Origin: the human T2T-CHM13v2.0 reference genome, Homo sapiens
NCBI RefSeq assembly: GCF_009914755.1
Contig: NC_060925.1
Length of the DNA stretch: 64,000 nucleotides
Strand: one strand, 5' to 3'
Shown here: positions 54,400 to 64,000 of the stretch, piece after piece
How positions within the stretch are numbered: position 1 is the stretch's first letter
Layout: the number at the start of each line of letters is the position of its first letter
Notes under the pieces: generated by a model
The model's input: only the letters and a program-made list of their open reading frames with translations
Database searches by the model: none
What the model was told of the DNA's origin: nothing
Translations under genes and position numbers: made by a program

Positions 54400-56590
54400 C
54401 CCTTCCACTGCATTTCCACAGCAAGCACACCATGTTTGCTTAAGTTGCATGTTTATTTGGGCATGTCCTCAAGGGGTTGATCAAGAGTATAGAAGGGCCA
54501 GCCAATCTAGGCGCCTTCAAGGCCTCTCTCCAACCAGGACTTCCAACTCTCTTGTTCAAGGTCTTTCTACTAAGAGTCCTTTATTCTTCAAAGGTCTCCA
54601 ACTCGTATTGGTCTTACCCTCTCTCACTCTATCCTAGCTTGGATTTCATGCTGCTTCATTAGAAGCTCTCCTTGCAGATAGTTTTGGCATCCTTTCCCTT
54701 CCTTCTTTGACAATTGGGACAGAATCCTACTCTGAATGATTAAATCAACCATCACTCTCATGCATGACTATACCTAAAATGCAGACATTTGCTGCTGGTT
54801 TGCTTTACATTCATGGTAGGAAACCTTGGCTGGAGCCTTGGGTTGGTTCTCAGTGAGCTCAATCACTCACTCAGCCTCTGACACAAATATTTCCTCACCT
54901 TGCTTCTCTTCTTCAACCACACTGTCAAGCATCTGATAGCCTCAACTCACAGAAGCCTCCAGACAGAACTCCTGCATCTTTCTTGGCCACATTTAGATCT
55001 TCCATGTCTCCTTCTACCCTGTTATTACAAAGTAAAAAGTGTCCCTCCACCTTGGAAGGACTTCACTTATTAGGGTGTCTCTTCTCTATGCTGACAACAA
55101 TCTCTCTCTATGTGGTCATTTCTCCACAAAATATACTCTATTAAGACCCTTCTAGAGAAGTAGGAAGAGAAAGAGGAGGAGGAGGAAGAGGAGGAGGAGG
55201 AGAAGGATATTCATCTTATATCCCTCTCAGCTTCCTTCACACCAATTGGTAAAGAGAGTTGTCTATAAACTCTTTCTCCAACCTTTCATCATGTGGTTTC
55301 TCCTTAAGACCTTCTCTTTTGGATTCTGCCCCAGAATCTCTCCCAAAAGACTCTTAATAGTTACCAAAAGCACAGTGCCCATTCCCTTTTCCTCTATCCA
55401 TTCTTTCTTGAGTGCAAATGCCATCTTCTTGGATTTTTCTTCTTACTACTCTTATTCCTCCTTCTGTAGCATTGCCATAGCTTCTCCAGCTCTGATTTCT
55501 AAGCACTAGGCTTCTCAAGATGTACCCCTTTCTTTTTAACTATATATCCCTCCTCAATGATCTCATTCCATGGCCTTAAAAAGTATCCTTGCAATTAAAT
55601 TCATGTTTTTATTTCTGACAAAAAGCTCTCTTTCCTGAATAGCTCCAGACATATGTCACAACCTGCTACCTCGCAGGTAGGTCACACTCAAGACCGAGAT
55701 GTTGATCTTTGCCCTTCCTTTCACCCACTGCTCTGACACTCTATATTCCCCATTGAAGTGACATAATCATATGCCAAATTCTCAAGCCAACAGCCCAGAG
55801 TCATCCTGAAACTCACCTTCTCCCTCCCAGAGCATTCACAACCCAACCCTCCAGCAATCTGGTCAATTCTACCTCACGAAATGCTCTCATCCACATCACT
55901 TTGCCTATGACCGCCACCTTAGATCAAGCCATCTCCCTCGCTCACTCAGAATCCTGAAAATGCTTCCTCAGCATTCCCTCTGCTTCCATATTTGCTTTCT
56001 GATCTATATTCTGCCCAGCAGCCCATGTGAACATTTTAATGAAAAAAATTATTTATTCTTCTCCTTCAATTTTGCAGTGACACCCCATTGCACTTCAGAT
56101 AAAATTCCAACTTTTCCCCATGACCTACAAGGTCATGGTTGACTCCTTTCTCTCTGTTTAGCCACACTTCCTTTTGCCTAATGTGATTTGTGGCCCTGGA
56201 CTCACCAATTCCATGAATGTCCACACTTCTTTCCCACCCCACAGCAGCTCCTCTCTTCATCGTGTTCACAAGATTGGCTTCTTGCACTCATTCTCATGCT
56301 ACTCCTGGCTTCTCTGCGTCATCTTCTTAGGGTTGCTCTATCTGTGGGGTTGCTTCTGCTATGCCTTTAACTGCTATGCTGTTTTTCTTTTTATTTAGAG
56401 TCCTTTCAGAATTTACAATTGTTCATTTAATTGTGTGCCTATTTGCTTATTGTCCAACTCTCCAATTAGACAGTAAGCATCATAGCATCATTGGGGAGAG
56501 ACCAAGTCCACTTATCGGCCTTGGCATCTCCAGCCATTGGCATGGTGCCAGCTCTGAGTGGTTGAGAATATCTGAGCATATTAGGAGAGT
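54400..56590 (+). mobile_element. Long degenerate L2
   Basis: Pyrimidine-rich + strand with L2 motifs (TCAATGATCTCATTCCATGGCCTTAA; CTCAAGCCA...AGAGTCATCCTGA; GGTCAATTCTACCTC). Confidence 0.65.
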
Positions 56591-56860
56591 GGGTTAAACT
56601 TCCTGCTTTTTCTATCCAACCACCGTTGCTTTCTTCTTACTGTTCCCGTGCCTTACTTAGTGATTCCCTGAATCGATTCCTTGCATCCCACAGCTCTCTC
56701 CATCCAGAATTCCCTTCTTGAATTCTCCCAAATGCCCAAATGACACCCCACTTAAGGCTCAGCTAAAAATCCATCTCCTCCAGAAGGTGCTCTAGATCCA
56801 CAGAGCAAGTGGCTCAGTTCCTCTGTGCATTTCTGAGCAAGCAGCCCACTTGAACTTCCC

Positions 56861-56910
56861 TGTGTTGAGTGGGCACCCATCTCCCTTGTGTTGAGTGGGC
56901 ACCCATCTCC
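56861..56910. repeat. 26-bp-period tandem duplication
   Basis: TGTGTTGAGTGGGCACCCATCTCC at 56861 and 56887. Confidence 0.9.
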
Positions 56911-57550
56911 ACTGTGGGACCAAGGCTGCTGCAGGCAGAGACCAGGCCATGCATTCTTCAGCACCACAGAGGTCCTTAGTTCTATTAGTTGCCCAAAGAT
57001 GTGTTGAGAGAAACTCTTATTCCCTATCCCTCTTTCTTTGTATAGAATGCAACAGAGCAGAGAATATTTCAAATAAGACTGCTTCCATGGTGTCCCAGAT
57101 AAAGACTCTGTCTTATCTCTTTCAACTTACCTGTATCTTATCTTATATCTTTCCTGGTATTCAACATTTACAAAGCTCCCAAGGGCTAACGAAATAGGCA
57201 CAACAAAAGTTGTATTTTCAGGAGCCAATTATTGAATATTAGCCTAGAACCTTCTTTTGGCTTCTTCACTGGTCATCAAGGGAAGCACTGACCTGGACGC
57301 TGGGAAATCAAAGACAAGCAAGATACGACTCTTAATCCTGAAGACACGTTGGCAAAGGACCCAAGCCAAAAGCCAGAGCTCACAGCAGGCATGCTGCTTC
57401 CATTCAGAAGAGACCCACCTCTGTGCAGGTGCGTGGACACCTGCACCTTTAGGGATGCTGTGGGAAGATGGTGTGGCCACAGTACCAAAGACATTTCACC
57501 TTCTGCCCTGTAATAGGTGCATTAGATTAAATGGTAGACAAATGTATTTT

Positions 57551-57876
57551 CTTTGTTTGTTTTTTGGGTTTTTTGTTTTGTTTTGTCTTTTTTTTTTTTT
57601 TTTTTTTGAAAATCTTACTCTGTCACCCAGGCTATAGTGCAATGGCATGATCTCGGCTCACTGAAACCTCCACCCCTGGGTTCAAGCAATTCTCATGTCT
57701 CAGCCTCCTGAGTAGCTGGGATTATAGGCATCTGCCACCACACCTGAATAATTTTTGTATTTTTAGTAGAGGTGAGGTTTCGTTACGTTGGCCAGCCTGG
57801 TTTCAGACCCCTGACCTCAACTGATCCACCTGCCTTGGCCTCCCAGAGTGCTGGGATTATAGGCATAAGCCCGGCT
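57551..57876 (-). mobile_element. Alu (S/J-type)
   Basis: Antisense Alu with long T-rich tail; flanks CAAATG(T/C)ATTT. Confidence 0.93.
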
Positions 57877-59583
57877 GGCAAATGCATTTTTTAATTAGCC
57901 AGGCAGGCTAGTCTTGTTCAGAAGACAATGTCTGTTGGAAATGGTATGACCCTGGAGACTGAATGAAAAACTAACCTCTCAGGTGTTCCAGGTTCAAATC
58001 TCATCACCTCCATGGTGGCCTGTGAGAAATGTTTCATCACTATGGTGGTCTGGTTTTGACACATGAAAAGTAAAATAGGGGAATGATGTCCTATTGGAAC
58101 AGGTCAAGGTGAGAGGGGTGGAGCTTTCAAGTCACCAGAATGATGAAAAATGTCCACTTGTATCTATTCAAATAACATATTTGCCTTTTTCCTATTCTTT
58201 TCAACATTTCTATAAAGTCACGGTCAGATGTTTGGAAAAAATATGTATGTACAAATATATATATGATATGTATATGAATCTATATCTACATACTTTATTC
58301 TAAAATATATCCCCAGCACTTACAAATATTTGTTTTCAGTAAAAGTGAAATCCAGAACTGTGAAAATTCGTTAATCCTCTTTGGATTCCTCATGGAGATC
58401 CACTTCTGTGCCTGTCCTGCTGGCCCACAGCTCCCTGTCACTCATTGTGAATACGCAGGATGCAAGATGTTGTGCGTCGTCAACTTGACCTTGAAAGCAA
58501 GCTTACCAGGGACATAGGAGAGCAGGGCTGCACCCCTTTGTGGCTGTGCGCTCACGTTGCCATAGTGTCAGGGAGCATATCTGTTTCCAGCTGAGCTGCT
58601 TTTGTTTAAGCTTCAAGCCTTTCCTTTTTCCTACTTGAAAAGAGTTTACCAGGAGGCAAAATGATTCAAAGTAACATCTGGGTCCCTCTTGGCATGTGCG
58701 TGGTAATTCCCTTCCTTCCATCCTGTAATTAAGTCAATTAGGTTTCTAAGTCTTCTATGAGGGGATTTCCAGGAATCTTTTCTCAGTGACACACACACCA
58801 CTCTCCAAATATCATCAACCCCTTGGAGGACCACCTCCTACTCTCCTGCCTTCTTTCTCTAGAACAAAACGTAAAGCAAAACAAAGCAGCTGAGAGTCCC
58901 TCCAAATGTTGGACAATAAAGACGACAGAAAAAGCACACGCTCTCTGGTCCCAGTTCTGGATGGAGGGATGCCCGGCCTGTGCATGGCCCACTGTTCTTC
59001 CAGTTCTGGTCAATCTACAAAGGCTGTTTCCTGGATGCTATGTATTAACTGAAATCTTGGCAGACTTAACCTATTGCTCTAGACGAGTGGCTGAGTTTTT
59101 GGTGCCACATCCCCCAAAATATCAGGGAATGAGAGAATACAGTTGAAGTACTTCTTGGCATGTATGCACACCAGAAAGCAAACAGACAAGTGAAGTTTGT
59201 CTTGCTTACATTTTCTTGATGAAAACTGGAACTGCAGCTATGGTTGATCTGAAAGACTCCAGCACGTTTGATAAGCTTCGTGCCTCTTATTATTTGGGAC
59301 ATCTCCAATTACATTTAAAAAAATCTGCTTTAACATCTTAAATTTCATTTTCCCAAACACTCATTTCCTGAAATTCTAAAGAGTGTTCTTCAAGGAAATG
59401 ATTCATAACTTCCTATTAGTTGTGCGGACATCAGTATCCTTTCTAATAAAGGAGGCTGTCCTCTCAAATAGCACCACCAAGACCTATCTATCAATCAGGA
59501 AGTACACTTACTGAGACAGGGACATAGAAGGAAGCACCACAGTGATGTTCTGCCATGAACTCACTTGGAATTCCAAACTGTTA

Positions 59584-59713
59584 CCCATTTATGCCTTGTG
59601 TTCCATTATTGCAATGTTAAGCATTTGGAAGTTATTTATATTCTATGGCTCAAGGTCATCACCAAGGTCTTATTGCAAACATTCAAAAAATTGCAACCTC
59701 AGGCATAAATGGG
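59584..59713 (+). mobile_element. MER85 (PGBD3-derived piggyBac MITE), full length
   Basis: TIRs CCCATTTATGCCT...AGGCATAAATGGG followed by TTAA; internal GTTCCATTATTGCAAT. Confidence 0.9.
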
Positions 59714-59939
59714 TTAAATCAAGAGAACATTGGATGTGCATGCACTTGCACACACACCACACACATGCACACTCACACATGCTATATTTTGGATTTAAAA
59801 TAATTAAGTTCAGATTGATTTATTCACCAACATAATCAATTCCAAATCCCTGTCAGACCTGGATCATTTAGAAAATTAAAGTCAAGCATGGTGATAGCAT
59901 TCAAAAACCAGAATAGAAAATTCTTTCTTTCAAGAGTCA

Positions 59940-60395
<456 letters not shown>

Positions 60396-61697
60396 TTAAC
60401 ATGAGTCCTTAGTAAATTTAAGAATCATGTTGGCTTGCAGGCTTGTAGTATTGAAATTTCAACTGGTGATGACATGTGCTGAAATAATAAACACAAATAA
60501 CTCCCAACCTAAATCACTCCCTTCAGATTTGGCAATTCATCTTGAGATTTGTGTTAATTACAAACAGAGAATCCAGGACATTTTTTAAAAATACCGTACA
60601 GGACTCCATAGGTATCTGCTTAATTTAATGAAGTATTTCAACAAATATTTGTAAGGCTTACTATTTGTGAATCATTATCATAAGCACTGAATTCATTCAT
60701 CTATCCATCCATTCATTTAAACAGTAAAAAGTCAACTGAGTATCTACAATGTGCCAGTCACTGTTGTAGGCCTTGGAGAGGGAGCTGTGCATAGAGGATC
60801 AATGAGTCCCATAAATGACCCCTTTGTTCTCTGACCAAGATTGGAACCACAGAGCTATAGAAACAGAATCTGGACAGATGGAGATGGAAACATCAGCATC
60901 CTTGCTGATAAAGGCTGGACTAGAGGTATGTGGCAATATGGGTTTTATAACACAGAACACAGAATTAGGCAGGCTCAAGCTTTCAGTTTCAGGACAGAGC
61001 CCTTACAGCGAGATTGGACAGGCAGGCTGACCTCGAGGAGCAGCTGTGAGGCCAGTTCCTACCCAAACTCAACCACCAAGAAGTCACCCAATATGGAACT
61101 GAGGGGCAAAGGCCAGGGTATCATCCTGTCAGGTTTCTCTTCACATAGAAATCTAAAGGCAAAAGAGATTCCCTAACTTCCTGTCTATTCAGTGAACAAA
61201 ACAGGCAGGAGTTGACTGAGTTCCCAGGGAGTTAGGATTCCAATGGCAGAATGAGCAGACAATGAACAAACAAATAGATAAAGGAGCTGGGAAACGTACA
61301 TATGAGAGACCGAACAGGGCACTGTGGGAGGGAGATGGCATGGGAAGGGCATACAGCTATGGACAAGGCAGCTGTGGGCCTGCCCTGTGAAGCCCCTGTT
61401 GCAATAGAGTGGACAGACATTGAGTGCAGTGCAGGTAACTACTTCTTTAAAACCAAGATACATGTTGTAAAGTAAAACCACATGGTGCTAAGTGACCCTA
61501 TAACAGGATGAAGGCAGCTGGGTGGGGAAGACACAGACAGTGTCCAGGAGCCTGGCTGGCTGGAGAGGAAGCTTCTCTTCTCATCTCCCCCACCTGGCCT
61601 TGGTCATCTCCTTCAAATGCATGGTTCACCAAATGGAACCATCATTTTAAAAGATGCCTTCCAAAGAAGTAATATTCTAGAAAGAGTAGGAATTTTT

Positions 61698-61807
61698 CAA
61701 TTTTTTGAATTTTTGCAATCAGGCCTTGGCAATGACCTTGAGCAGTAGGATATAAATAACTCCTACATGCGTAGCATTCCAATAATGGAACACTAGGCGT
61801 AAATGGG
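61698..61807 (-). mobile_element. MER85, lacking the 3' TIR
   Basis: CAATTTTTTGAATTTTTGCAATCAGGCCTTGGCAATGACCTTGAGCAGTAGGATATAAATAACTCC...TTCCAATAATGGAACACTAGGCGTAAATGGG. Confidence 0.9.
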
Positions 61808-62597
61808 TAAGAGTTTGGAATTCCAAGTGAATTCATGACAGAAGACTAGAAGCGAGTCTTCCTGAGATCAGCCCACGTGAAGCTGACAATTGAGCTATTC
61901 ATGCTGCCCCAACGTGACTCCCCCCACAGACACCCCACAATTTAGAACAAACTATTAACCCCACTGTTCTTCCCATACCACCACAAGCTGGGGAGCACAT
62001 GGGGGAGAGAAGGGGGGCAGAAAGCCCCATTTACTAAACCTAAAGGTGGCTCAGGGAATGTGCAAACTTTTGAATCCCCCCTGCTCCACCACATAAGAGA
62101 ATTCCAACTGCAGAGGAACTTTTCCTCCCCAGAGGAGATTCAGAGACAGGTGCAAGTCAATGCCAATAGCACAGGCACGGTGTGTGATGAATTTTCCAGC
62201 TGATATAAGAGCTATGTCCTCAACAATTTCTCCCTGAACATTTTCTTTTCCTCCAGACGCCCTAAGCCCTTAAGCATGAGTTGTTTTCAATCATGGGCCT
62301 GCAATTGGCTTGTGCCTCCAAACAGCTCTCCTTGTTTGCCTGGTGTAAGGGAGATTTGCGAACGTCTTTCTCCCTTACTGGTTAAACTCCAAGGCCACAC
62401 AGCACGAGAGCCGGTGCTTTGGGGATGATTCTCTCTCTCCAGCAGGAGCAGCTGAAAGCCCCCTGCTGCCTTCATGGCAGAGCAGCTCCTCCTCCCAGAC
62501 CCCACTCTTCTCATCTACTCAATTCCTGCAAAGGAGGTAGAAAAGATTCTCTTTTCCTCGTTCAGTCCACAGGTGTTTACTGGGTGTATCATGTTTC

Positions 62598-62911
62598 TTT
62601 TTTTTTCTTTTTTCTTTCTTTTTTTTTTGAGATGGAGTCTCACTCTGTCACCCAGGCTGGAGTGCAGTGGTGCGATCTCTGCTCACTGCAACCTCTGCCT
62701 CATGGGTTCAAGTAATTCTCGTGCCCCAGCTTCCTGAGTAGCTGCGATTACAGGTACGTTCCACCATGCCTGGCTAATTTTTGTGTTTTTTAGTAGAGAC
62801 GGGGTTTTGCCGTGTTGGCCAGGCTGGTTTCAAACTCCTGACCTCAAGTGATCCACCCACCTCGGCCTCCCAAAGTGCTGAGATTACAGGCATGAGCCAC
62901 CACACCCGGCC
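62598..62911 (-). mobile_element. AluS (Sz/Sx)
   Basis: Full antisense Alu; TSD GGGTGTA(T/C)CAT(G/T)TTTCT. Confidence 0.95.
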
Positions 62912-62914
62912 GGG

Positions 62915-63390
62915 TGTACCATTTTTCTGATGCTGCTGTAACAAGTTACCACAAACTTGGTGACTTAAAACAACATAAATACATCATCTTACAGACCTTG
63001 AGGCCAGACATCCAAAATAAGACTTACGGAGCTACATCTGGGAAATGTATGGGTTCCTCTGGAGGTTCCGGGAAGAATCCATGTCCTGGCTCTTTCCAGC
63101 CTCTGGAAACCACCAGAATCCCTGGGTTTGTGGCCCCTCCTCACATCACTCCCACCTCTTGCTTCTGTCATAGCCATTCCTGCTTCATCTCTGTTGTCAT
63201 ATGTCTCTCTGCTTCTTTCTTACAAGTACCCTTGTAATGATGTCAGGGCCCACTTGGATCCTCCGGGACCATCTCCCCATCTCAACTTAATCACATCTGC
63301 AAAGTCCCCTTGGCCATATCAGGTCACATATTTGCAGTTCCAGGGATTAGGACCTGACATCCTAAAGGACCGTCATTCAGCTGGCCACCC
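62915..63390 (-). mobile_element. MLT1C/D MaLR solo LTR
   Basis: GCTGCTGTAACAAGTTACCACAAACTTGGTGACTTAAAACAACA...CTTAATCACATCTGCAAAGTCCC...TTCCAGGGATTAGGAC. Confidence 0.85.
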
Positions 63391-63920
63391 TGGGTGCACT
63401 GGACACTGCATACCTTGAGCACACCACACCTGAAACCCCTCCCTAGCATTGTAGAAATGCCCACCTAGGAAGGCAGAGCTAGCCACCTACTCTAGAGACA
63501 GAAAATTCCAGATGGCCCAGGACTTGCTTTCCCTCCTCTTCTGCCTCTAGGAGTGAAGCACATGACTCAGGCTCCGGCAGCCAGATGTACACTCTGCAGG
63601 TATTGCTTTGGCACACGATGGTGAAAAGACATGGGGAAGTGGAAAATTTAGCCTAGCAAGGGTGGGCAGCAGCTGCCACACTGCAAGTGAAGCAGTCTCA
63701 GTGGCAGGGGTTCTAACAGCACAGCCATGGAGCAGGGTTGAAGTGTCGGCGGAGCACGACCAATTCTGGGGTGTCATTTTGTTGCGTAGCTCACAAACCT
63801 GGCTCTCTGGCTTTCCCAGATATTTGGCGGGTCATCAGTGTCCTTGGATAAATTTATTTGCTATTTAAATTAACCAAAGGCTTTTTCCTGTTGCTTGCAA
63901 TGGAGAGACTAGGCTAGGTA
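63391..63920 (+). mobile_element. Old ERVL LTR (LTR33A-like)
   Basis: CATGACTCAGGCTCCGGCAGCCAGATG...ATAAATTTATTTGC.ATTTAAATTAACC...TTCCTGTTGCTTGCAA. Confidence 0.5.
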
Positions 63921-64000
63921 GATTGTTCCTATGGCCTCATAATTGTTGCTAAGTCCCCAAAACTGAAGAAAGCTTCCAGGCCCTCACCAGAAGCAGGTGC

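Noticed and set aside
56957-56975. REST/NRSE-like TTCAGCACCAC
   Set aside because: Right half-site GGACAG is absent

Overview
This is primate genomic DNA, most likely human (AluY/AluS, L1PA, THE1, MER85, MER4, MLT1/MLT2, MIR and L2 are all present). It looks like a gene desert or a deep intron. I cannot support any protein-coding gene: the only ORFs with recognisable homology are L1 ORF2 remnants and Alu or THE1 translations. There is no CRISPR array, tRNA, rRNA or CpG island, and I cannot name the locus. Repeat subfamily calls come from recalled consensus sequences, and their boundaries are approximate. The most unusual observations are: (1) a ~735 bp CA-rich array with about 33 ACTAAC motifs (18 TACTAAC; QKI/SF1/branch-point type) just upstream of a well-formed + strand candidate exon; (2) an anciently duplicated ~200 bp non-coding element, with copies 10,290 bp apart; (3) a 37/38 bp inverted repeat, arms ~1.83 kb apart, that brackets one of those copies; (4) an L1PA insertion with a probable 43 bp 3' transduction; and (5) two inverted MER85 piggyBac MITEs about 2 kb apart. 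All functional readings are hypotheses.
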